Origin: Octopus vulgaris
Taxonomy: Eukaryota
Length of the DNA stretch: 64,000 nt
Reading direction: 5' to 3'
Assembly (NCBI GenBank): GCA_951406725.2
Contig: OX597815.1
Coordinates: 30,628,001-30,692,000 of the forward strand
Positions 27,573-41,673 of this stretch are shown here, piece by piece. The notes under the pieces are model-generated. The model saw only the letters and a list, made by a program, of their open reading frames with translations, was not told where the DNA came from and did no database searches. Numbering within the stretch: the stretch's first letter is position 1; each line of letters starts with the position of its first letter. The position numbers were made by a program, and so were the translations under genes.

Positions 27573-29134
27573 TATATATATATATCTTTAACCATGTATA
27601 TATGTGTGTGTGTGTATGCTTATGTATATTTGTGTGTGTGTGTGTATAGTTGAAAATATGAATGTACATACATATTTGTGTATATGTGTAGATTAATATT
27701 TTTTCTCTATCCACTCACGCACGCACGACCACACAACGACACATACATATATGCATGCTGTCTATATGCTTCTATATACACATTCACACTCATACAGAAA
27801 GAAACACTACGCACACATACTTACGCAGTGTTTCTGGTTAGACTAGCATTTTTTTCTCCATTTTCGCCAAGTAATTTATTTTAATCATATTTTTAATCTT
27901 ATGTTCTCATATATCTTTTGTTATTTATATAATTTTTTTCTCCTTCCTTGTCTGAATATGCTTATTTCTTTAATTTTCTTTTTCTTAGCAGTGTTTATAT
28001 GCAGCCGCAATCTCGTCTAACAGTTTGTTATATGTTGATATTGATGTACCATAAAGTTCATGTACGGACAGTATGCCATGCGCAGATATATGCGTTCCAA
28101 GACTTGTAAATTCACTGGCAACTAAAACTTAACAATGCATGACAATTTCTTATTCAATGTATTCTATATCTGATGCATGCACATCTCTGCTGAAGGCATA
28201 TACACATTTATCTATTTAATATAACGCCATAAATAAGAACATGGTGTCGTTATTTATTGCCTCGTTCCTATTTTATTACGCTAATAAGATTGAACGTCTG
28301 ATTTCTAAATTTTATTGCATTGCCCCGATGCACACTGCCAAGAGAATGAGCTGGATTCTTTGCCACATTTCTGAATATCTGTCTTACGACAAAATCATTT
28401 TTACGAAACATTCTTAGATGTTTACCGATGATATATTTTTATAAAATACTATGTAAATATTGTAGAAAAAACACAATACTACCATATACCCTACGCTTCC
28501 TCTCACTCTTATGCACACTTGAATACAGCCATAGACAACCTAATATAAAACTTATTGAATTAATCTTTAAATTCTAACCTACAAAATATGACAGGAAAAC
28601 AAAAGACAAAAAAGAATATGAAATTAAAATTATATTTCGAGTGAATATATTACTTCCATGGATGATCCTAAGTGTTTGTGTGTGCAAACAATTTATAGAT
28701 GACAACAAGCGGGAGACTGCAATTTATAAATCCATATTAATATATCTTATAGAAAATGAAAATAGACCTACATTGAAACCTCCATATACTTATATATAAT
28801 ACAGGCACACAGGTTGTATATATACATCGATGAAAGCAAACAACATAAGCCTCCTTACTGAGGGTACACTATAAGTTCCTGTATTGAAATAACAATTTAC
28901 ATGCTAACTACTTCTAATATTTTCAAGTTTCTTTAACTCTTAATTCGTTTCTTGCTGGTGTTTTGCCTCCTTTAAAACATTGACCGTTTGTGAGTAGTCA
29001 TAAACTTATAAATAAATCAAGTGTAGAGACTCGATGCTGGGGCAGTTTAAAGGCCCACAACATTTGAATACATTAACTGAAACCGATGTACAAGGTACAG
29101 ATGTAAGTATATTAAAATTACATACTGTGTGACA

Positions 29135-29429
29135 TCTTTCTATATAAAAGTCAAGTTGTGTGTCTGTCTCCTACGATTTAGATTCCTAACTACTCCCACA
29201 TTTTGCGGTGCAGTTTAACCAAAACCGGGTATCTTATAGTCGTGATTCATATCGAGCCCTTCTGGGTATTAGTGCGCGTCTACGATGAGTCTACGATTAA
29301 AAAAAAAATTACCATCATTTTTTTCCATTTTAATGCATTTTTTCGATATTTTTTTGGCTATAACTCTCTAAAAATGTTTATATAGTTATTTCCCTTACAA
29401 ACCCGAGCAACGCCGGGCGATACTGCTAG
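29135..29429 (+). mobile_element. Non-autonomous Helitron, complete (295 bp)
   Basis: A|TCtttctatataaaa ... cccgagcaacgccggg hairpin, CTAG|T; no TSD. Confidence 0.92.
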
Positions 29430-29624
29430 TATATATATAAATATTTCCAGAGTATTGAACCGATGCCGTTTTAGATTAGTGCTAAGTGTCGACAACTTCA
29501 TAACTCCTTAACTAAAATTCTTAGAAATCTGCAAGGCTAGATGTGGACGTATTAAATACCACATCTAGACAAGAAACAGAAATAAGAGGAGTGATATCCA
29601 ATTCTCTCATCCAACAAAACCCAA

Positions 29625-29700
<76 letters not shown>

Positions 29701-30328
29701 GCAAGAAGAGAGAGAGATAGGTGAGAGAGTGGAGAGAGATGAGAGACAGAAAGAGAAGAGAGAAGGATAGGGAGAGATGAGAGTGAGGTAAGAGACGGGA
29801 GAGAGAATGCTGTAGAAGTGATACTAATAGAGACCACATAGTACAGTAGCAGCCGATGAGCTGAAACAGGTCCAACAACTACGATAGGAAATTCTTTCAC
29901 TAATGAGTTCTGTAAGAACTTAAACTTTCTGGGAGTTGTCACCGTTCTGCTGCTGATCAGACAGACACATTCTGCATTTCAGATTTATTAGATTCATTTA
30001 TCATAAAATACCTGCCCCATCTGATTATCATTTATTCCACAGTCTTCGAAATCATTTGGACTGACAAAATTTGAATTCTGTAGACGATGTCAAAGAGTAC
30101 TAGAAGAGTATCTTTTGTCACGGACAAGTGAATTTTGGAAGAGGAACATTGCAAGCCTAACAGATAGATGGAAGAGCATTGTAGGAAATGGGGGAGAGTA
30201 TATTTTAGATTAAAAATGAACTTTATCGTAATTTTTAAAAAATAAATGAAGTATAAAAAAACCGCATTATTTATGGGATGACTCTTTCTCTCTCTCTCTC
30301 TCTCTCTCACTATATATATATATATATA

Positions 30329-32032
30329 CGAGGTGGTATCAAAAATGTTCCGGTCTACTGGACTACTTCTGTTATAAAAAAATAATTTATTCACCTAACT
30401 TTAACAACCTCTCTTTTGAAATAGTCACCTTGCGCAACACATACACCGGTCCTAGCGTTCCTGGCAGTTTTGGAATCCGCCTGGAAGTCGTTCCCTGTGA
30501 GCGAGTCGACGGCCTACTGCGATTCGCCCTGAATCTCGACAACGGTCTGAAAAAAGGTGAAATTTGATCTGCATTATCATTTTGGGGAAGAGATGGAAGT
30601 CTACAGGTGCTAAGTCTGGTGAATGAGGCAGATGCAGAAGCAATACCATATTGCTTTTGGCGAGAAACTCACGACTGAAGAGAAATCGGGAAAAGGGTGC
30701 ATTGTCCTCCTGAATACTCAAATTCTTCGCGTTCCACAGAGCGTGTCACTTTCACCGAATATCCTCCCCCAAATGCTTCAAAACTTCGCAATAGAACTTT
30801 CGATTGACCGTCCGGCCTTGGGGGTCGAATTTTCGATGTACAATGCTGATGTAAAAAAAATGAGTGGCTGTGTGGTAAGTAGCTTGCTTATCAACCACAT
30901 GGGTTCAGTCCCACTTCGTGGCACTTTGGGCAAGTGTCTTCTACTATAGCCTCGGGCCGACCAATGTCTTGTGAGTGGATTTCGTAGACGGAAACTGAAA
31001 GAAGCCCATCGTATATATGTATATATATATATGTGTGTGTGTGTGTGCGTGTGTGTGTGTGTATGTATGTGTGTGTATATATGTATGCGTGTATTTATGT
31101 ATATGTGTGTGTGTGTATATATATGTATTTGTGTCTGTGTTTGTCCCACCAGCGTCGCTTGACAACCGATGCTGGTGTGTTTACGTCCCCGAATAAGTGT
31201 TAGGCTTACACAAAATAAGTCCTGGGGTATATTTGCTCGACTATAGGCGATGCTCCAGCATGACCGCAGTCAAGTGACTGAAACAAGTAAAAGAATAAAA
31301 GAGAGTATGCTCTTGATTGAGCTGCGGCTCTGTGGTGCCTTCTTCGGTTATGAAGATGAAGGGTTTTTTCATTGAGACTACCGTTTCTTTGTCTCAAGGT
31401 CGTACCCGTAGACCCAACTCTCGTCACCGGTGATGATCCTGGACATGACGAATGGGACTTCAGCAACACGCTCACGGAGTACTTGACATACCTCGACGCA
31501 ATGTTTCTGTTCAGTGGTCAGCAGGAGGTGGACAAACTCAGCGGAGATTCAGGTGTTAAGATTACTTGCACGGATCCATACAACAGACCAAAAACATCAG
31601 TAATGCCGTTGATTGTCCTCCGACGCTGGGGAATTTTCACCACATTTCCGTCTTCCAGATCACTGATCATCTTCCAAGGATGTTCTTCCGCTCTTGAAGC
31701 ACCCATGTCACTCGAAAACATTGCATACGACCCATTGCCCCGTTGCCGTAAGCTTTCCGAAGCATGCTCAGTACCTCTGTATTAGACCTTCCAAGCTTAA
31801 CGTAAAATTTCACATTGGATCTTTGTTCAAACTTACTGTCTGTAACGCAATCGCAGACTATAGCATACACGTGATCACAAAAACACAAATTTCACAACTT
31901 GCAAACACAGCAATATCACTCGACACACAACCTCATGAAGGTCACTGTTAGCTCCCACCGCGCACACAACCGTGTGCTGCTATCTGCCGTCCCGTTACAG
32001 AAATAGTCCAGGAACTTTTTGACAACACCTGT
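30329..32032 (-). mobile_element. Decayed mariner transposon interrupted by a SINE
   Basis: Imperfect TIRs cgaggtggtatcaaaaa / tttttgacaacacctg, TA flanks; minus-strand EQRSNVKFYVKLG...LRKAYG and HLPHSPDLAPVDFHLFPK. Confidence 0.9.
30862..31303 (+). mobile_element. SINE family C nested in mariner
   Basis: Family C sequence with mariner sequence on both sides. Confidence 0.93.
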
Positions 32033-32070
32033 TATATGCTTGATTACTAAATCCACAAGTTTTTTTTTAT

Positions 32071-32930
32071 TCTTAATAAGTATCCAGACTGTTGCCATAG
32101 TAACGAAGCTAAAGCATACAGAGTAAAGTCGCTCGACACAGATTGACCTTGAATTCTGCTGTGCATGTGCACTAAGTTTTAACGTTCTGGCTCTCACTTC
32201 CGCTATTTACAGCAGTGCCTGGAAAGAAGGTGTGTAGCGTGTGATCGTGGTATTGATCATGACAAAGTTGACATGGCTATATCTGCTCAGAGGCCTACGC
32301 AAGGTTGCAGAATGTGTATGGAGAGGAGTGTATGAGCGGCACACAAGTGTACAAGTGGTTGAAATGTTTCCATGATGGCCGAAAAATGTTGATATTGACG
32401 AATGTTCCGGGAGACACGCAACCAGCAAAACTGAGAAAATCAGATGTGCGTGCAGCTGTGGGGAGAAATCGTCGAATCACCATCCGTGAGTTATCAGAAG
32501 ATGTGTAGATTAGTTACAGTTCGGTTCAGTCCATTATTGTTGAAGATTTGAGTATGAGACGCGTATGTGCCAAGTTTGTGCCAAAACTGCTTTCAGCTGA
32601 CCGAAAATACACTCAGGTTTTCAGTTGCACAAGATCTCTGTGTTGAGAAAGATGAAAATTGTTTGAAAACTTTGCATATGCCTCTGAGCAGGTATAACCA
32701 AGCTTTTGGCAAAAGTTATGCAGAATTTCTGGTCTACTTTCTCTGTCATGGTCAATGCCACGATCACACACTACACAAGTTCCCCCCAAACACTGCTGTA
32801 AAGACCGGAAGTTAGCTAGAAAGTTAAAACTTAGTGCGCCTGAATGTCAATCTGTGCCAAGCGGCTTCAGTCTGTGTCCTTTCGCTTCATTACTATGGCA
32901 TCAATCTGGATACTTTTTGATCAGACCACG
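32071..32930 (+). mobile_element. Mariner-derived non-autonomous element with ~230-270 bp inverted arms
   Basis: 32071-~32305 is inverted at ~32665-32930; the middle encodes an HTH N-terminus (VYGEECMSGTQVYKW, RRITIRELSED); no catalytic domain. Confidence 0.88.
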
Positions 32931-32935
32931 TAAAT

Positions 32936-32999
<64 letters not shown>

Positions 33000-33024
33000 A
33001 CACACACACATATATATATATATA

Positions 33025-33898
33025 CATGGTGGTAAGTAAGTAAGCATTAAAAATTGGTAATAAAATCTATATTCCTTTTATAAATTTATTGAAACAAATG
33101 ATACATGTTCTTTATTACATGGGAAAATGAAACTAAATCTTCATGTTTCAGCGTAAGCATCAGTGGCGTCAACCAGTTTCCTAAAACGACCAAGGACGGA
33201 ATGAACAACCTTCTAAAGGACGTCGTCTGGGATATTGAGAACTTCCTGAATCCGTGTCTCAAAGTCCTCCAGTGTGCGACGTTTTGTCTTGTACACTCCT
33301 CTACTGTGTAACTCCACGGGTAAAAATCACATGGAATGAGAGCTGGACTTCTGGACTTCAGCGATCACAGATTTCAGGTTTTAGCTCCTGGACGTAATGG
33401 GACGAAAATTCAGTTCTTTATGCAAAACCGTACGTATTGTGTATCTTGTTAGTCCACTTTCACAAGCTGCTTGAAGTGTTGATTTTTTCAGGCTGCGATT
33501 AAACATTTCCTGCACTGTTGCCACGCTCTCCACTGAACGGGACGTGGTTGGATGGCCACTTCTTGCTGCGTCGTTCAAAAGGCCCGTGGTCATCAGCTTT
33601 GCATGACAACTGTTTATTGTCTCCGAACCTAGTTCTGCAAGATTACCTTACCATGCACGCCACCATCTCTGAACCAAAACAATGGAATTCAACGCTTCAT
33701 AACGTGCTGCTAACTTAGCTCGCTCCTGAATAGTCAAGCGACCGGCCATCTGGAAAATAAGAAATAAGAAATTAGACAGTAAGAAAATAAGAAATTCCCA
33801 TTAGTGATGCCTGTCTAACATATGTTATCGTCTTGTCTACAGTGAAACTAAAAATACTATGAGCGATATCTAATACTTAGTTTCTTTCCATCCACCCA

Positions 33899-33899
<1 letters not shown>
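33025..33899 (-). mobile_element. Decayed Tc1/mariner-superfamily element (rosa/DD41D-like by resemblance)
   Basis: Minus ORF TGLLNDAARSGHPTTSRS...RSLKKST...IRTVLHKELNFRP resembles an HTH transposase N-terminus; ends TA|catggtgg and ccacccag|TA. Confidence 0.7.
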
Positions 33900-33969
<70 letters not shown>

Positions 33970-34095
33970 AGTAAATATATATATATATATATATGTGTAT
34001 GTATGTATGTACGTATGTAAATATATATATATATATATATATGTGTATGTAAATATATATATATATGTATGTAAATATATATATTTACATTTATT

Positions 34096-34293
34096 ATTCG
34101 CCATGATAGATCGCTAGCCACTACACACATTATTTTCTCTCTTTATTTCTTTCTTTGTTTATTTCTGTGTTCCTTTCCGTGGAAGAGCGTAGGCTCGAAA
34201 CGCTAAAGACTTTTTCAATTTCCGAGCGTTATACTAATACATGTTTGTTTTCTACACCACCTGTCTTCGTCTTTTTTTGTGAATTTTTCCCCC
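34096..34293 (+). mobile_element. ~200-bp Penelope pLTR-like repeat with variant minimal HHR (34171-34210)
   Basis: Second copy at 55595-55783; motif CCGTGGA a gagc(gtag)gctc GAAAC. Confidence 0.7.
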
Positions 34294-37200
34294 TATATAT
34301 TTATATATTCTCCCCCTATACATATATATAAATGTGTGTGTACGTAGGCATACATACGTATATGTGTCTGTGTGCGTATGTATGAATGAATGTAAATATA
34401 TTTGTATTTATATGCATATATATTTAAGTAAAAAATCAATATATACATTCACCGCTAATTCTCTCTCTCCCTCCCTCTCACTCTATGCGTGTGTGTGAGT
34501 ATGAGTACACTTGCACGTGTGCGTGCGTGTGTGTGTGAGTGCATGCGTTTGTGTGTGTTTATGTGTGTGTACTGCCCTTCTCATTATCGGTAGTTGTGTT
34601 TTTTTGATAGAATGAAGTCTTAAAAGCATTGCTTCGCCCTCCATGTCTATTCGGTAAAATCTATTTCAATGAAGTCTTACATATCCAATAGAAGGTCTAC
34701 TTGAATTGAGTTCTCGGAAAATAGCAGAAGATCAATGATTTTCTGTTCGTCATATTACCTATATGAGTCTTAGCTCTATTAGTATTTAGTGTGGAGAAAG
34801 CATCTCAGAAATATTTTCCCTTATCAGTATTGCTGATATTCATTAGCAGGAGATCAACTTTCAAGCGAATTCAAATTTAACTGATCACTCTAATCTCAGC
34901 AAAAGAATAGAATGTGTTTCGGGGAAGAGATCTAATAGGACCGAATAATATATGTTTCTCTTAGTAGTTGCTTTGAAATATTATAGCTATACCAATTTCA
35001 ATAGTATATATTGCAAAGAAATTTCATTCAACTGAGCTTATTGGAATTACATCCCTTGATCGTTCTTATACTCAGAAGTGATATTTTTTTCCACCAGCTT
35101 TTGACATTTCTGTACGACCTTAATTAGATACGTGACACCATAGAATTTATATATTCCATTCCAGTCCCAAGATGGAAGAAATATTCGAATTGTGAAATTC
35201 ACTACTCACGAAAAATCTTCTTCCCGACTCTTTTATGGTCTCTCCTATGTATGAAGTTTTGCTTTCAAAAACCATGATTCCTCATTCGGGGATTATACAA
35301 CAGTTATAAAATATTCGCTATATTCCTTGCTGAGAATATCCTCCTCTCGTCTCCTTAGAAACACTATTTCACTGGACTTAAATATATATTTCACACTTAA
35401 ATTCCTTAACAGGTATTTAAGAATTTCAGAAGCGGGAAGAAAAAAGACAAGGATCATTCGTTGAAAAATAAAATATGACTTAACCGTATACCATTCGATA
35501 ATATATATATTTTTATATCTCGAAGATTCACTAAAATTTTAGAAGATATCTGATTCTTTTTGTCTTGGTTCTACGTGATTGGAAACTGATTATATGTATT
35601 AATGAACTTAGATTTTACAGAATAACACCTGCAAATAATTTGAAACCTAAGCGTTACGGTAAATGACTTGCCGTGTTTTGGCTTATATATCTTAAAAAGT
35701 AAAAAAATCCATTTGGTTGGAATGAATTTTACGGAAATGTTTAATCATTCAACACGTAAAGCGAAATTGCATACAGGCTGTTATTTAAATGGATTAAGTA
35801 AATTTTCAATGATAAATTTTCATTAATGTATTATCTCATTTTATTTTAATGTTATCGATAAAAATGCACATACTCTTACTGGATTACATAGGTTATACTT
35901 CCGAAAGAAATATATGCACTGTGTGTATGCATATATTAGACCGCTATCTCGGTGGTTTAGCTATTGTTTAGAGAATAACATTTCACTGTTTACTTTTTAG
36001 AGTGCTCAATATAAATGCAATACTTTACTCGGTATCTATTCTATGGAAGGCACATTATGGAGAGCAGCTCATAAATCAAATTTTATTGCTGTACACATAG
36101 ACTTTTATGACTGTACAACTAGACGTCATTTATCAATGCAATGAATGGTTGCAGTTACATCAATAATGCTGGAGTTAATCATATACTTTTATACAGTAGC
36201 AAACTTGTCGATTTTATCAGTGGGAAATCCGCACCCACCGACACATGCGATAGCTTCTCTCTTTTTTACGACATGGTTCAGTGCTATTTAGTATAAACTA
36301 ACATTCATCTTTCTCCTGCCTGTGACGGCTTGAATGCGCTATTCCATTTACTGTGCAGTAAGCAAGTAAAAGGATTTGAATATTCAGCAAGAAAATGAAT
36401 TGAAAAGCTGAACTCACTAACCAGACACCATAACTAAAAGTAACTACTTTCATTTACGTGACTGTATATAATTAATTTAACGATAATTTTCATAATAAAT
36501 AATGAATGATGAAAACTATCAGGAAATTCATGAAAGACTCAGCGTTACATTAAGGCCATTCTGCAATGTTGGAATATTCAACTACTCTAGATAATCGATC
36601 AGTGATTCGCTGTTTAAATTTCCTGGATTCAATACCTCCAAGATTCTAAACTTTTACATATCCGCAGAATGACGATAAAATAAAACGACAATAGTGTTCT
36701 GGGACTAAATGTTGAAAAACAAAAATAAATTTACCTGCCATTGTGGATATTTATATCTATTTCATAAAGGTCGATGAGATATTTAGAATTGAATCTAAAT
36801 GTTTAACATCATTTTGATACGATGAAAAGTCGGGAGTAGATGCTATGTTAATGTTGAATGTTGTAAAACCTTAGTGAACGCTGCAGGCTAAGTAGCCGAA
36901 TTGTACAGTCAACATCTCTCCATATAACGTTGGCGTTTCTATAAATGTTCATATTAAGAAAATAATTCTTTCGACTCGACTGGATCAATACCTCGGTCTT
37001 TATAAAAGGATATTTCAAATTATGTCCCAACCAATTTAAAAGCCTCTATGCGGTCACTAGGCTTGCTAAAAATATCTTCCAAGTCTTTCTCCCATCACGC
37101 TCTGTCATCTTTTCAAAAGGAAGTAATTTTAGATACACTGTATCAAAATAATTTTAAACATACCATCGTAGAGTAAGTTTAGATATACAACGCTTGTAAA

Positions 37201-37574
37201 AACAAAAAATAGACAGGAAATATTTTATTATATAAGTCTACTAGAGCAAGTCTGAGTCAGGATAACTGATTACAGCAAAATCATTTATTTGAAGTAAATT
37301 CTATCTTGTAATTAGGATTATCATAACGAATGACACCACCTCTAAAAGTCGTTAATGTCATAAGAGATCACCGAAAAGTCAACGGTCTGTTCTTATCATC
37401 CTTTTCTTCAAATCAATTACCTATTCCCTCGAATAAGGGAAACGAAGGCGTGCAATAAATTGCGATGTTTCGTAGCTATTTGGGTTTTGGAAACTACATT
37501 CTTTTAATACACTATATGCTTTAATTTCATTATGTATGTATGTATATATGTAAGTATATATGTATGCATGTATG

Positions 37575-38810
37575 TACGGCTCTGTCGGTGTGCGTAACAA
37601 GTACGGCATGATCGGAAGGCGGCGAGCTCTTGTTTCCTGACGATGACGATGCCATACTTGTTGCACTTATCGAGAGAGGTATGCAGCACCTTATGTGATG
37701 CTTTGCAAATGCTTCAAACCTCTTTGACCAAGAAGTCAGTTTGAAGAAGACTGAAATTCTCCATCAAGCTGCTCACCAAGTTGTGTACCATTCACCAAAT
37801 ATTTCCTTCAAGCAAGCTAACCTGTATGCTGTACAGTAGTTCTACCTCTGATACCAGAATCGACAAGGAATTAGGTAAGAGAGTAGTCAATATCAACAGT
37901 GCCTTTCGGATACTTAAGGAGAGGATGTGGAGAAATAACAACGTGAGAACAGAGACAAAGCTCAGTGTTTACAGCACCGTAGTTTTACTACTTTTTTATA
38001 CATCTCTGAGTCATGGGTATTGTTCGCAGTCACACCCGTCTTCTAAAAGGTTCCACCAACGCTACCTGGGCATCTATTAGATATCTACTGGAGTGACAAC
38101 GTCACCAACGCAGGGGTGCTCAAGGAAGCCAAGAACACCAGTACAGAGGTCATTATATGTGTGCATGCATATATTAGACCACTATCTCGGTGGTTTAGCT
38201 ATTGTTTAGAGAATAAAATTTCACTGTTTACTTTTTAGAGTGCTCAGTATAAATGCAATACAATTCTTAAACTCACCTTAACATGCCAATTAAAAGACAG
38301 TATTGAATTAATGTTTTCATTTCTTCGTATATTATTATTCACTTTGACAAGAGAGATTCTTACTCCGAACTACCAACCACTAGATGTCATCAGTTTTATT
38401 TCATTTTGTATTTCACACATCTGCATAAGGTGGTGTCTGTCTCCAAAATGGCGGATCATCGCCTGCTAAAGACTGTACGCTACCGAGAACAGTCTTCTGG
38501 TTGTCGAAAAGAGCGGTGCGCTCAAGAAGCGGTACTAAGACATGCTAAAAGAAGGCACTGAAAGTTTGTAATATTGAACTCCACCAGTGGACCACCCAGG
38601 CTGCTGATCGCAATGCTTGATGCCACACCAACCACAAAACTACCAGCGCTTTTGAGGTAAACCGTCGTGTCAGTCAGGAAGAGAGGAGAGCCTGACGGAA
38701 GTACTGTATGAGACATTTCCCTGCGGCCACTGTGTGCGGATATGCCAATCGCTGATCGCTCACGCTAGTCACCAGCGTACGTGCACGTGGCGTGGGGGAA
38801 GGGACCCGAC
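37575..38810 (+). mobile_element. Decayed RTE-like LINE 3' fragment, interrupted at ~38155-38415
   Basis: RIDKEL...SAFRILKERMWRNNNVRTETKLSVYSTVVL; after the interruption VSKMADHRLLK resembles the RTE GHVxRMxDxRLPK motif. Confidence 0.75.
38155..38415 (+). repeat. Composite local duplication (35920-36023 joined to 39659-39818)
   Basis: Both halves match their sources base by base with few substitutions. Confidence 0.93.
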
Positions 38811-41627
38811 ATTTAGGTATTATCGTATTGAAGTCATCGCCAAAATGTGTATTTACGCATGCATGTATGTATGTATGTATGTATGTATGTATGTATGTAT
38901 GTATGTATGCATGCATGCATGCATGCATGTATGTATGTATGTATGTATGTATGTATGTATGTATGTATGTATGTATGTATGTATGTGCGTGTGTGTCTGC
39001 GCGCGCACGCGCTCCAATTTAGTGTAGAAGTAAACGTATAGAATATACCAAAAACCTTTCAAATCTGTTGTTAGTGCTTCCCTACATTTCTTGACGGGAC
39101 ATACAATCTATCGGTTTATATACCTGTCAGAGATGTCAGATTTTCTGAGAATAACATGAGATTAAATCACCAGTTAATAAATATTTCACAACACGCATCG
39201 TATATTAGGAGATATATTATGTGTTTACTAAATAACACTAATTTGCAAGTCATATACATTTTATTTAAGGTACATCTAAAGGTAGAAGTTAATATTTTTC
39301 AAATCACGTGATCCATATAGTATCGTTGATTACGTTCAGTTTTCACGCCGTTAATCAAATGAAACAGTTTTTGCAAGGGGAATTTCAACTTGCCACTCTA
39401 AAACAATTTGTTGAATGGAATAAATTTGCTGCAGCAGAACTTTTCCACTTAACAGTGCTACTGCGGCTCTAGACAGCCACTTGTTCGTACAATGGCGTAC
39501 CTACTTACATTTAGCTCATTTCAAGATTAGGCATACTGGTAACTGACAACATATTTTCACGGGCAGAATACGAACCGGCGACTCTCAACCGATTGTGGAC
39601 TACACTAATCACCTGGGCATCCACATTCTACTATATATGTTTATCTTAAACTCATTTCTTCTTAAACTCACCTTAAAATGCCAATTAAAAGACAGTATTG
39701 ATTCGCTGAATTAATGTTTTGCTTTCTTTGTATATTATTATCCACTTTGACACAAGAGATTCTTACTCCGAACTACCAACCACTAGATGTCATCAGTTTT
39801 ATTTCATTTTGTATTTCAATACAGATTCATTCTCTATTGTTCTCATCATTGATAACTGGAATAATGCGGATTCTCTGCCTCATGCATATAGGACGACACA
39901 CTATAACGAACAGAGGCTGACAACTCATCAAATCTCCAGCTTATGAAAGTCAGCTCTTTCAAAATAAAGGCCACTGTGATTAATGCATTCTTTTGTAACA
40001 ACGTATCTTTATGTTATTCTTGGTGGATGAATGTTAGCTCTCACACAATGGTGTTTTGACGTAGCTACGAAATATTCTTTTGCACAAAATGATGAATGTC
40101 CTCACGTGCTAAACATCAACTTTGGCCTTGATAAACATTAGTTGAAATTTTAATATTAATTTGCAATCAGTTCATATTTTAATAAATTCGCTTTGTTTCA
40201 TGTATTCGTGTACAAAGAAATTAAGAGTTGTGATATTCCCGTCTTTTCAGAAGGCATTGCAGTAAGAGGTGAAGTGAATTTGCTCTCAATAGTAATAGAA
40301 ATCAAATCGCATGGTGGACTCATCTCGCTGGATATTTACTTTTCAATGGGGATTGTCAGGCAAACGTCTCCAAATCCCAACAGTGTTTGTTACAACTTTG
40401 CAAAACACATTAGCGACGTTCGTAAAGTGACGTACTTGTTTATTTTTAAAACTGTGATATGGATTTCAATTGGAAACTCGTTTCACTCTGACTTTTTTCT
40501 CTTACTCTGCTGGCATTTCTTAGCATGTGTTAGCAGTTGCTTTTGCGAATATATATCAGACCTATTTCATCAGATTGATAACTCAGAGGCTTACATGTCA
40601 TGAATACTTAGCAAAATTAACATGGAATCTTATAACTATACCAATATTTGCACTATCTAGTGGGGTGGTTAAGCGTATTAAAATAACTTGTATATCTAAA
40701 TGGAAGTATATTATTTTATTTCATGTGGAAAGAAGGCAATTTTCAGCAAGTATGATCAAACGCTTCGTAATGAACATGGCCTTTATGTAATTACACGAGT
40801 TGCTAGAATTAGCAACACAATCTCTCAAATCGTAGCCTTCCAGCTTTGAAAGGGTCTGGAAGAAAACAGCATGACCCCTGTTGGAATATCATCAATCGTG
40901 GATTTATTCATTCAAAGTTAATCTGAGTCCCAAACAAAGACAATAAGACTCATTCCCGCGTCCAGATGTAGATTTGTCTACGTCAGTTGCTGAAAAATAA
41001 AAATTGTTTTCAGCCATTGCAGTTTGACATGCAGTTTGACATGCGTTAAAATGAAAAACTATCAATTCGAATCGCTATTTGCTTTTATTCATATTTGGAT
41101 AGGTGTTAGAGAACTTTAAAATTTTAATTTGCGTGTTTGATCACTCGCTTCATTCAAGACAACATGACTGTAAAAACAATTCAATGCGCGGAGCTGTTAA
41201 ACTCTGATAAGTTTATTCCGTTTCAGGCCGAAAAGTCTATCAGAAAACCACTCAGCCAAATGATAAATAAATAAGACTAAGAAGATAAGAAGCAAAATTT
41301 CAGTAGTTTGAGATAAATGTGAATAATTTATCGAGCAGACATATTCGATGTTTAGACAGAGAGAAATAAGAACCGTCAAGTGTATCTCATTGAAGGACAA
41401 ATGTCTTTAAGTAGATTAATTCAACATCGTTGCTACAGATTTTGTTATTGTTAGTTCATGAATTGAAGAAAGCAAAAATCCTGGACAAGCTATAAATTAA
41501 TGGAATAAGCAGTAAAAAGAAATCAAAGACAGAAAGCGAAGAAAGAGAAGAGATATAGAAAAGTAAGAAAACAAAAAACGATAAAATCTCTGTTCTAAGG
41601 TAAATTGATAAAATGGTATGCAGGGAA

Positions 41628-41673
<46 letters not shown>

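Noticed and set aside
29850-29875. ccgatga-gct-gaaac-ag-gtc hammerhead-like string
   Set aside because: The core is mutated, stem II is impossible and stem I is absent.
38155-38415. Patch interpreted as a spliced retrocopy
   Set aside because: Source boundaries lack a GT-AG pair on either strand, and there is no poly(A) or TSD.
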